Assembly: GCA_965197585.1 (NCBI GenBank)
Contig: OZ240215.1
Location: 32,001 to 96,000 of the forward strand
Source: Dehalococcoidia bacterium
GTDB taxonomy: Bacteria; Chloroflexota; Dehalococcoidia; Plut-88900
Direction: 5' to 3'
Length of the DNA stretch: 64,000 bases
Part shown: positions 39,927 to 48,408 of the stretch, in pieces
How the letters are laid out: every line of letters begins with the position of its first letter
Position numbering within the stretch: position 1 is the stretch's first letter
Made by a program: the position numbers and the translations under genes
Notes under the pieces: generated by a model
Databases searched by the model: none
What the model was told of the DNA's origin: nothing
The model's input: only the letters and a program-made list of their open reading frames with translations

Positions 39927-41168
39927 CTACCCGCAGACGTCCAGCGCGATGAGAGCCATCACCTTGGCGCAGGTCTCCATCTCGCTGATGGAGGTCCAGA
40001 AGTTGTCCTCTCCCTCGGCGGAGTTGAACCCGCCTGAAGGACCGTATTCCAGGCAGGGGATCCCAGCTTTCCAAAGCCATGTGACGTCGCCCGCGGAGTA
40101 AGAGAAGGGATATATGGGGCCCACGGCCTGAGGCGGCGTCCCAGTCACGGTCTCGTGGCTCCGGGTCACGATATCGACGATCTCCTGACCGTCGGGCAGG
40201 TCGAAGGGCTCCATCACGAGCCTCCGCCGTCCCTCGAAAGAGGCGGGCGGTGGCACTTCTATCTCGTATCTCAGTTCCGAGTCTTGCGCGGCCAGGGGGT
40301 CGAGGACGTTGCGGATGTCGGCGATTATCGTGTCCAGGGTCTGGCCTGGGACAAAGTGGACGTCGATGAGAATCGTGCAGAGGTCGGGGACGTAGGGGGG
40401 CTCTATCAGGACGTAGCTCTCACCCCGCCCCCCGATAATGCTCCCCACGTTGATGCGGGGCATTGCCGGCAGCTTCGCGCTCGGGGTGTGGGTGAACTTC
40501 ATGCTCTCCAGCACGTTGATGACCTTGGTCATCTTGCTAACTGCGTTAATCGTATGTTCCTGGACGCTTATGTGGCCCGTGACGCCGTAGGTGTGAATGG
40601 CTAGGTGGGCGATGCCCGCGTGTACCGTGGCTATGTTGCCGACCCCCGTCGGCTCCGGGGAAACGGCCACGTCCGTTCTCAGGCCGCTTTCCATAAGAAA
40701 GTTGGTGCCCTCGCCGCCTTGCGTCTCCCCGACCACGCAGGCAAGTACCAGGTCGCCTCTAAGCTCTACGGACGAGAGTCGCACCGCCTCGGCAGCGGCG
40801 ATCATGCTGGCGAGACCGCCCTTCATGTTCTCGACGCCCTGCCCGTATAACCGGTCTCCCTCAACGATGGGGACCGTCGGGTCCCGTTTCGCGCCTCGGC
40901 GCAGGGAGTTGATGTCGGTGTGGCCGTTGAGCATCAGGCTCTTGCCGCCGCCGCTGCCCTTGAGCGTGGCGATGGCCTGGAGCCGACCCGGCTCAACCTC
41001 CTGAAGCTCGACCTCGTAGCCCCTTTCCCGGAAGTAGTCGTCGAGGAAGCGGGCTACGGGAGTTTCGTTGGGCTTGAAGCTGGGTATGCTGATCAGCCGC
41101 TTGGCCAGGTCGAGCATCGCGGCCCGGTCAACGTGAGCGAGGACTTGGTCCTTCTGAGTATCGTCCAC
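39927..41168 (-). CDS. M20 family metallopeptidase (ArgE/DapE-like)
   Basis: SLMLNGHTD, LYGQGVENMKGG, VGETQGG; several canonical metal ligands are substituted. Confidence 0.85.
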   Translation of the reverse strand: MDDTQKDQVLAHVDRAAMLDLAKRLISIPSFKPNETPVARFLDDYFRERGYEVELQEVEPGRLQAIATLKGSGGGKSLMLNGHTDINSLRRGAKRDPTVPIVEGDRLYGQGVENMKGGLASMIAAAEAVRLSSVELRGDLVLACVVGETQGGEGTNFLMESGLRTDVAVSPEPTGVGNIATVHAGIAHLAIHTYGVTGHISVQEHTINAVSKMTKVINVLESMKFTHTPSAKLPAMPRINVGSIIGGRGESYVLIEPPYVPDLCTILIDVHFVPGQTLDTIIADIRNVLDPLAAQDSELRYEIEVPPPASFEGRRRLVMEPFDLPDGQEIVDIVTRSHETVTGTPPQAVGPIYPFSYSAGDVTWLWKAGIPCLEYGPSGGFNSAEGEDNFWTSISEMETCAKVMALIALDVCG

Positions 41169-41190
41169 GGGAGAATGCCTCCTCTAAGGC

Positions 41191-41862
41191 CTAGGGCCCC
41201 GTGAGGTGAGGGGCGGCGACGTCGGGGTTGATGGCCCTGTCCATGAAATCGTTCATCTGCGGTTCATAAAGTCCCCAGAGCCGACGCAGTTCCGTAATGG
41301 GCGCATCATGCCAGTCGACCCTGAGGTCGATGATGGGGAACGGGTACCTATCATGTACGACGAGGGCCGCTGAGTGCTCGTTCTTACCCACCTCTCCACC
41401 CGCGGCCTTGCCGGCCTCCAACGCCCTCACCAGCCGTTCCGCCAGGTGGAGGTCCGGATCGGCCTCAAATCCCTGCCCGATGGCAACCGCGACAGCCTCC
41501 GAGAAAAGCAGGTTCCCGACTGCAACCACGCCGTCCCCCAGGTATTCGTTGTTCTCCATATAGACTTGACTTCCCGTGTGAGCCGCCGTGCCCCCGACGA
41601 TGTCCACAACACCGATCTGCCGGTACTGGGGATAGGCTCCAGCCTTGACCAGCTCGTCCACAACGGCTTTGGCCGAGTAGCCTCGGCGGAGCAGGTCCAG
41701 ACCCAGCTTGCCGAGCCGCGGGTCGGTGAGGTTCTGCGAGGCCACCGCCCCAACTCCCGTCTCAACCCAGACACAGCGTGCCCCGACACAGATGCTGCTG
41801 GTGGATACGGCCATCCCGACCATACCGGTCCTCTTGCAGTGTCCAACCAATGAGAAAGTCAT
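41191..41862 (-). CDS. DUF1028 Ntn-hydrolase-like protein
   Basis: MTFSLVG, GVGAVASQ, RQIGVVD, DLRVDWH. Confidence 0.9.
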   Translation of the reverse strand: MTFSLVGHCKRTGMVGMAVSTSSICVGARCVWVETGVGAVASQNLTDPRLGKLGLDLLRRGYSAKAVVDELVKAGAYPQYRQIGVVDIVGGTAAHTGSQVYMENNEYLGDGVVAVGNLLFSEAVAVAIGQGFEADPDLHLAERLVRALEAGKAAGGEVGKNEHSAALVVHDRYPFPIIDLRVDWHDAPITELRRLWGLYEPQMNDFMDRAINPDVAAPHLTGP

Positions 41863-41896
41863 CGTATTCTCCTTTTGTCGCTGTAAGGGTCCGGGC

Positions 41897-43345
41897 CTAC
41901 TTCTCCTTCATTACCTCATGGGAGAGGTCGGCGGCCTTCCTGACCAGGTTTTTCATAGGCGCAGGATCGAAGTTGAAATACAGGGCCAGGAGGTTGGCAT
42001 AGGGAGGGCTCTGCGCGAACAGCTGGAAGGCCAGCTTGTGCCCCGCCATTGAGGAGTCGACCATGTCACGGGTAAAGTGGAGCAGCTTTATGCGGTCCTC
42101 CATGCTCCAGTCCCCGACAGCATAGTATTTTTCGAGGTATTTGCGGATCTCGGGGTTCTTCCATGCGGCGGTGTCGGGGGTGAGCTCTAGCTGACCTCCT
42201 GCCAGCTCCCTTACTATACCCACCATGGCCGGCAGGTTGCTGGATGCGTAGATACGGCCTGCGTAGATGATGGCCTGGTTGGGCATGGTCAGGCCACCGG
42301 GGCTCGGTTCTGCGCAGTGGACGGCAGCGTGAAGGTGGGCGTTGATGGTCTCCCGGTAGCACATCAGTTGCGTCAGCTTCTCCCGAACCTGTGGCACATT
42401 TTGAAGACCGGTCTGCTCGATGTTGAGAAAGGCTGTTCCCAGCAGGTAGTCGGCCCTGAACAGCGTCCTCAGAACGAAGGGAAAAACAACGTACCGGTGT
42501 AACGTGCCCCGGATGTAGGCAGCGGCCTGGGGTTCCCGGCAAAACAGCACGTTCTCCCAGGGCACGAGAACGTTGTCGAAAATTAGCAGCGTGTCGATCT
42601 CGTCGAAGCGGGTTGCTATCGGATAGTCCTTGGGGTCTTTGCCGACCGCGAACCCCGTACGGCATATCAGCTTGAGCCCCGGGCTGTTCATATCCGTGAT
42701 GAAACCGACAGCGTAGTCCTTCAGCCCTTCCCCCCATTGAGCGATGGTCGGCTTTACAAAACCCTGGTTCGCATAACAGGCAGCGGTCTCGTACTTGGCG
42801 CCCCGGACGATTATCCCCTTGTCGGTCTCATCGACGACGTGCAGGAGCATGTCGGGGTCCTGTTCCTGCGGTGGGCGGCTGCGGTCTCCCTTGGGGTCAG
42901 TGTTGCCGCTCACGTGGAACAGGTCCAGTTCCTGGAGCCGGTTAACGTGCCGCTCAACGTTCTCTGCGAACATGGGGTTGAACTTGCGCAGCGTCTCCCG
43001 GGCATCGTACATCGACCAAAGCTCACCCGCAGTGTCGTCCCCGACTCGCTCGACTATCCCGCCAATCTCGGTGAGGACAGTCTCTACGTAGCGTCTCTGG
43101 GCGGCGAGATCGTCGACGGAAGTGGGTGGTTTCAAGGAACGTGCCGCCGGCTCGCCGTTGAAATCAAAAGTGGTGGCGTCCTGGAAGACCGCCTCGTTCT
43201 GCATGTCGTACATGCGGGATCGGACGTCGATGATTGGCTTGAAGGCGGGGTGCGTGGTGATGTCCTTAACCAGCTCACCGTCGTAGTAAACCTCGCGTCC
43301 GTCCCTAATCGATTCCCGGTATTCTTCACCTGTACGTAGTCCCAT
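41897..43345 (-). CDS. 4-hydroxyphenylacetate 3-hydroxylase family flavin monooxygenase
   Basis: LRTGEEYRESIRDGREVY, TDPKGDRS, GIIVRGAK, RFDEIDTLLIFDNVLVPWE. Confidence 0.9.
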   Translation of the reverse strand: MGLRTGEEYRESIRDGREVYYDGELVKDITTHPAFKPIIDVRSRMYDMQNEAVFQDATTFDFNGEPAARSLKPPTSVDDLAAQRRYVETVLTEIGGIVERVGDDTAGELWSMYDARETLRKFNPMFAENVERHVNRLQELDLFHVSGNTDPKGDRSRPPQEQDPDMLLHVVDETDKGIIVRGAKYETAACYANQGFVKPTIAQWGEGLKDYAVGFITDMNSPGLKLICRTGFAVGKDPKDYPIATRFDEIDTLLIFDNVLVPWENVLFCREPQAAAYIRGTLHRYVVFPFVLRTLFRADYLLGTAFLNIEQTGLQNVPQVREKLTQLMCYRETINAHLHAAVHCAEPSPGGLTMPNQAIIYAGRIYASSNLPAMVGIVRELAGGQLELTPDTAAWKNPEIRKYLEKYYAVGDWSMEDRIKLLHFTRDMVDSSMAGHKLAFQLFAQSPPYANLLALYFNFDPAPMKNLVRKAADLSHEVMKEK

Positions 43346-43508
43346 TTGCTACCTCGGTTGTGTGGGCCGGATACACCGGGCCCAAGAGTGCGCTTCGGAG
43401 CCCGACGAGTCAAAGAGTGGTCGCCTTATCCCCCAAAGGCAATGATTATCCTAACTTAGCGCTTTCACCTTTGGCAACTTGGCGCGGTTGCCCAGTGGAT
43501 TGAGTCGG

Positions 43509-44213
43509 CTAGCAACCGTACCGCCCGTCAATCGACCCTGCGAATGCCACCGATTGGCCGGGCTCCAGACCTAGTTCGGCGGCCTCGCCGGCGTTGATTT
43601 CCAGCACGTATTGCATGTCGTCTTGAGGGCTTATGCGCGCAAGGTCTGAGTCCTCGGTGCCAGGGGGAGGGGGCGGGACGTCTCGGGTGATTTCACCTAT
43701 CGTGCAATCTGCCCCTATCCACACGAAATCCAGCGGGAATTGCATTCGCTTCATCCAGAATTGCAGTGGCATCGGCGATTCGAAGATGAAGAGCATCCCT
43801 GCGCCCGAGGCAAGGGATGGCCTACCCGAGAGCCCCTGCTGACGCTGCTCAGCAGTCACTGCCACTTCAACCGGGAACGCCACGATACCAATGACCACGG
43901 TAGGACTTGTGTAGAGAGGAGTTGGGGTTGGGGCCGGCTGTGTAGGGGTTGGTTCAGGCGTGACAGTCGGGACTTTGGTGGGCATAGGTGGAGGAGTTGG
44001 GTGAGATGTCGCCGTTAGTATGGGTCTGGCCGTGGCGGGCGGAAGTGTGGGCGCTGGCTGGAGTAGTGCGGTTGGCGTAGGGGAGGCGGGAAGATGTGTG
44101 GGCTCAGGAGTTGGGACCGAGGAAGGCGTCAGTGGTGGGGATGAGGTTGATGTGCAGGCCGACACCGAGGCAAGGAAGACCGCTGCTAGTGTCAGGACAA
44201 CTGCTATCTTCAA
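43509..44213 (-). CDS. DUF192 lipoprotein with a Pro/Thr linker
   Basis: Lipobox VSAC; VEVA...QGLSGR...GMLFIF...FWMKRM.FPLD...YVLEINAG. Confidence 0.88.
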   Translation of the reverse strand: MKIAVVLTLAAVFLASVSACTSTSSPPLTPSSVPTPEPTHLPASPTPTALLQPAPTLPPATARPILTATSHPTPPPMPTKVPTVTPEPTPTQPAPTPTPLYTSPTVVIGIVAFPVEVAVTAEQRQQGLSGRPSLASGAGMLFIFESPMPLQFWMKRMQFPLDFVWIGADCTIGEITRDVPPPPPGTEDSDLARISPQDDMQYVLEINAGEAAELGLEPGQSVAFAGSIDGRYGC

Positions 44214-44312
44214 GGGTTGCTCCCGTCAAGTCGGGGCAAATAGTATCCCGAGCTCTTTGCTCGACACAACAGGAGAAGGCTCCCGCTGTGGGAACTTTGA
44301 GCTGTTCGGGGG

Positions 44313-45134
44313 CTAACCTGTAACGTGGGCCCGCCACGCCGAGCCTTCAGTCCGTTCCAGAAACTCGGCATGGATTTGAGCGTTGGTGGCGATGATGCTC
44401 GGCTTATGAAATTCTGCATGCCCACCTGATCCCGAGGTTATGACTCCCCCAGCCTCCCGTACCAGGAGCAGGCCGCACATTACGTCCCAGGGGGCCAGGG
44501 AGTGATGAAAGTACAGGTCCACCCTGCCGCAGGCGGCCCAAGCCAGGCCCAGCGCCGCCGACCCCATGATCCGTATGGTCTGCATACCGGGCCAGAGATT
44601 GGCGAGCAATTCCAGGCCTAGGCGGGCCATCTCCTCGTCGTAGCCCATTTCGGTGGCGAGTACTGAGGCGGCTATGGTCTCCTGTTGAGACACCGATATA
44701 GGCGCCCCGTTAAGGAATGCGCCGGCCCCCTTGATGGCGTGAAAAAGCTCCTTACGCAGTGGATCTAACGTGAGGGCGAGGAGCATGTCACCCTCGTAGG
44801 CCAGGCCGAGATTCACGGCAAAGTGTGGGTTCTCCGAGGCGAAGTTACGGCTGCCGTCCAGCGGATCTATTATCCAGGTGTAGCCTGCAGAGCCCTCGAT
44901 AGCGCCCTTTTCTTCGGATAGGATGGAGAAGTCGGGGAACTCCCGATGGAGGTGGTCTATAACGCGGGCCTCGGCGCGGTAGTCGGTGTCGGTTACCACA
45001 TTGCCGCGACCCTTGAAGTAGACCTGCTTCTGTCTTCGGAATCCCCTGACCAGGGTGCGGCCTGCGAGGGCGACCGCTTCTCGAGCTACCTGTTCGGCGG
45101 TCTTGCCGGTTGCGGATAAGGGGACTTCGCTCAC
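44313..45134 (-). CDS. suhB: Inositol monophosphatase family protein
   Basis: SEE, WIIDPLDGSRNF, GSAAL, PWDV...VREAGG. Confidence 0.9.
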   Translation of the reverse strand: MSEVPLSATGKTAEQVAREAVALAGRTLVRGFRRQKQVYFKGRGNVVTDTDYRAEARVIDHLHREFPDFSILSEEKGAIEGSAGYTWIIDPLDGSRNFASENPHFAVNLGLAYEGDMLLALTLDPLRKELFHAIKGAGAFLNGAPISVSQQETIAASVLATEMGYDEEMARLGLELLANLWPGMQTIRIMGSAALGLAWAACGRVDLYFHHSLAPWDVMCGLLLVREAGGVITSGSGGHAEFHKPSIIATNAQIHAEFLERTEGSAWRAHVTG

Positions 45135-46129
45135 CAGTCCTTGGCCTTGAGGCCCATCTTCTCCCTGACCTCTTCCAAGGTCTCGCGGGCAATGACGCTC
45201 GCCCTGCGGGCCCCATCGTCGAGGACCTCTCTGAGGTAGGCGGGCTTCTCAGCGAGCTGACGTCTGCGTTCCCGGAACGGCTCCAGGTCATCGTTGATGC
45301 CATCGGACAGCATACGCTTGCAGTCGACACACCCTCGCTGGGCGGTGCGGCACTGCTCGGCGATATCTTCTATTTTGTCGGGGTTGAACTGCTTGTGCAG
45401 AGAGAAGACGTTGCAGACCTCCGGGCGTCCGGGGTCACTGCGCCGCTGGCGCTGAGGGTCTGTTACCGCTCCCATTACTTTTTTCCGCGTTTCATCCGGC
45501 GAGGCTGCTAGTTCGACGTGGTTGTCGAGGCTCTTGCTCATCTTGTGACTACCGTCCAGCCCGACAATGAGGGGGGCCTCGGTGAACTTTGGCTGGGGTT
45601 CCGGGAAGGTGGGCCCAAAGATATTGTTGAACCGCCTCACTATCTCGCGGGCGAGCTCCAGGTGAGCGACCTGGTCCTCCCCGACGGGCACGGTGTCGGC
45701 CTTGTACATCACGATGTCAGCGGTCATCAGGACGGGATAGCCGACAAGCCCGTAGTTAATGTTGTCCGGCTGATTGCGGGCCATCTCCTTGAAGGTAGGG
45801 ACTCGGGTCAGCCACCCGTGGGGCGTGACCATGCTGAGGAGGGTGTGCAGGGTGAGGACTTCTGGGACATGGGACTGGACGAAGAGGATGGACTTGTCGG
45901 GGTCGAGGCCCGCGGCTAGCCAGTCGAGGAGCATCTCCTTGATATTGTCCTGCATCTGGGAGGTGTTCTCCAGGGTGGTCAGGGCATGAATGTCGACGGC
46001 GCAGTAAATACAGTCGTAGTCGTCCTGAAGGGCGACGTAGTTCTGGATTGCGCCGAGGTAGTTGCCGAGGTGCTGCCGGCCCGTGGGCCGTGCCCCGGAG
46101 AACACCCTGCCTTTTTTGCCGCTGGTCAT
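45131..46129 (-). CDS. trpS: Tryptophan--tRNA ligase
   Basis: FSGARPTG..HLGNY, YPVLMTADI, VPVGEDQ, KMSKS. Confidence 0.97.
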   Translation of the reverse strand: MTSGKKGRVFSGARPTGRQHLGNYLGAIQNYVALQDDYDCIYCAVDIHALTTLENTSQMQDNIKEMLLDWLAAGLDPDKSILFVQSHVPEVLTLHTLLSMVTPHGWLTRVPTFKEMARNQPDNINYGLVGYPVLMTADIVMYKADTVPVGEDQVAHLELAREIVRRFNNIFGPTFPEPQPKFTEAPLIVGLDGSHKMSKSLDNHVELAASPDETRKKVMGAVTDPQRQRRSDPGRPEVCNVFSLHKQFNPDKIEDIAEQCRTAQRGCVDCKRMLSDGINDDLEPFRERRRQLAEKPAYLREVLDDGARRASVIARETLEEVREKMGLKAKDW

Positions 46130-46255
46130 GCGTTTCGTGGGTGGGGTCGGGGGGGTTGGGATCGGTTGCAGTTTAGCATACCTGTGGTAAATTTCACACG
46201 GTCGTCACCTGGCCGCCAACTCATCCCCGTTCCGCATCTTTAGGAGTGAAACAAG

Positions 46256-46759
46256 ATGTCAATCCGCTCATTCGAGGGCAAGACTCCCCGCATCCACCCC
46301 TCCGCCTACGTTGACCAGGATGCGGTGCTCATTGGGGACGTGGAGGTCGGGGAGGAGTGCATGATCCTGCCCGGAGCAGTCATCCGCGCCGACCACGGCA
46401 CAACCAGGATAGGCAACCGCAGCAACGTGCAGGATAACGTGGTCATCCACACCGGGGGAGTCGATATCGGGGAGGACGTAACCATCGGGCACGCGGCAGT
46501 TGTGGAAGCGAGAAAGATCGGCCACCATTCCCTGATAGGCATCAACGCCACCCTTCTCGCCGACTCCGAGATCGGAGAGTTCTGTCTGGTGGCCGCGGGT
46601 GCGGTAGTGAAAGAAGGCGCCCGTGTCCCGCCCTACTCCTTCGTCGCTGGAGTCCCGGCCCAGGTAAGGCCTCTCAAGAAAGAGCTGGCCGACCACCTAA
46701 AAACCGCCAGCGAACTCTACACCTGCATGATCCCAAGATATAAGGTGGGTTTGGGGTAG
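46256..46759 (+). CDS. Gamma carbonic anhydrase-like protein
   Basis: LIGDV, IRAD, NVQDNVVIH, TIGH. Confidence 0.9.
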   Translation: MSIRSFEGKTPRIHPSAYVDQDAVLIGDVEVGEECMILPGAVIRADHGTTRIGNRSNVQDNVVIHTGGVDIGEDVTIGHAAVVEARKIGHHSLIGINATLLADSEIGEFCLVAAGAVVKEGARVPPYSFVAGVPAQVRPLKKELADHLKTASELYTCMIPRYKVGLG

Positions 46760-46781
46760 GGGATTACGGAGAATGCCTGGT

Positions 46782-48287
46782 CTAGCTGTCCGACTGCGCG
46801 GTGCCGGCCGAGGCTAGATCAGAGATAGCCTCCTCGAAGCCTTGCTGGTCTCGGTTGGTGCGTAATAACTCCGCTAACCGGTCTACAATGGTCTCCTCCT
46901 CAGGCCCGACGGAATCCATGAACGGCAACCGTAGTATGCGTATCGCCCCCTCCGGATCTCGATAATGGATGTCTTGTAGATCGAAGAAAATCTGTACGTC
47001 CGGGTTGGTGAGATCATCCAACATCCACGGTTTCCTCGTCAGTTCCAGGAGGAAATCAGGGGCGCGATCGGCAAGGGTGAGCATATCCAGGATGATTGAC
47101 CTCTCGAATTCTTCTGGGTCCGGGTTGATGCTTCCAGAGTTTCGCGGGGGAACATAGGTTAAGCCGTCTTGGACCCAGGCCATCGCATTAATGGCAGCGG
47201 CGATGTCGGGCGCGGTCTCTTCCAGATCGAGAATTAGGACGTAGATGGCCTGCTCGTTTGTTATGCCACCCCCGCCAGAGTGATTGTCCAGGATGTAGTT
47301 AAGGGTGTCGGGGTCGTTCTTGGCGAGATCGAGGAACCGGGTCAGAGTCTGGTGGTCGACCCACTCAATTGTATCCATGAAGGGCATGTCGGCAATTAGG
47401 ATCACGGCATCCTCATTAATGGCAGCAATTTCGACGAGCCGCTCAAGAGCCGAGTCGTCCATGTCCGTCTGCGGCGGCAACCAGGCCCGGTCTGAGTCCA
47501 GGAAGTGTCTGAAAGTTCTCTTGGAAACCCTTGCCAGCTTTTGAAGCAGGGTGAGCCCCTCATGTTCGTGAAGGTATAGGCCGTCTTCTACCCAGTCTAA
47601 GGATGACGGTTCCGCAGCCGCGCCCGGGTCAACCGATTGCAGATAGACGAGGGGAATATGCGTTTCTTGATTAACTCCAGTGACTGATTCATGGCCGAGC
47701 AGGGAGGCAAGGCCTTCGGGATCAGACCAGGTTAGATCAACCATGAACTGTACAATGTCCGAGTCCCCCCACTCTATGGCATCCAGAAACGGCAACTGGA
47801 TGGCTTTGTACGCTGCGGCCTTGTCCCGAAAGGCTAAGGTATTCAGAAATCTCAGGACAAGCGGTTCAACGTGATGCGGATCGTTGTCGGGATCCCTTAG
47901 CCAGGGTTTCTTCACTATCTCGCAATAGACCTCTGGATGAAACTCTGCCAGGCTTCTGAGAGCATCCCCCTTGTACGGGTCGGTCATTGAAGCTTCGTCC
48001 ACGGCGCAGGGGAGGGCAAGGGCAGGGTAAGTGGGAGCAGTGGTCGCCGAGGGCGCTATCACGACGGCAGTAGCCTGGGTCGGCGCTTGCGCAATTTCGA
48101 GTTCCGGCGGCACAGTCGGTATCGGGGTGCCGGTGGGTACGGGCGACAGTCCTACATTGGCTGGCGTTGGGTCAGGAATAGGGGTTACTGGTGCCAGCCC
48201 ACAGGCCCAAACCAAGGATAGAGTTGCCACGGACAAAACGGCTAACCTTAGCCGTCTGCCTACTAGTCTCGGCCCCTCGCTCTCCAA
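46782..48287 (-). CDS. Hypothetical lipoprotein with internal W-x-x-DG / PF(L/M)D repeats
   Basis: Signal peptide ending VWAC, Pro/Thr linker, three PF(L/M)D repeat units; paralog of the upstream gene. Confidence 0.75.
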   Translation of the reverse strand: MESEGPRLVGRRLRLAVLSVATLSLVWACGLAPVTPIPDPTPANVGLSPVPTGTPIPTVPPELEIAQAPTQATAVVIAPSATTAPTYPALALPCAVDEASMTDPYKGDALRSLAEFHPEVYCEIVKKPWLRDPDNDPHHVEPLVLRFLNTLAFRDKAAAYKAIQLPFLDAIEWGDSDIVQFMVDLTWSDPEGLASLLGHESVTGVNQETHIPLVYLQSVDPGAAAEPSSLDWVEDGLYLHEHEGLTLLQKLARVSKRTFRHFLDSDRAWLPPQTDMDDSALERLVEIAAINEDAVILIADMPFMDTIEWVDHQTLTRFLDLAKNDPDTLNYILDNHSGGGGITNEQAIYVLILDLEETAPDIAAAINAMAWVQDGLTYVPPRNSGSINPDPEEFERSIILDMLTLADRAPDFLLELTRKPWMLDDLTNPDVQIFFDLQDIHYRDPEGAIRILRLPFMDSVGPEEETIVDRLAELLRTNRDQQGFEEAISDLASAGTAQSDS

Positions 48288-48408
48288 CGACCAACCTTTC
48301 CGGTAATTGCCTATCGCCTAAGTTTCTATTCAATTCTTCGTAAATGCCAACTAGCCAAAGGTCGCAGAGACGGAGAGAGAACACAAGTGTTTGGGTATGG
48401 GGATGGGG

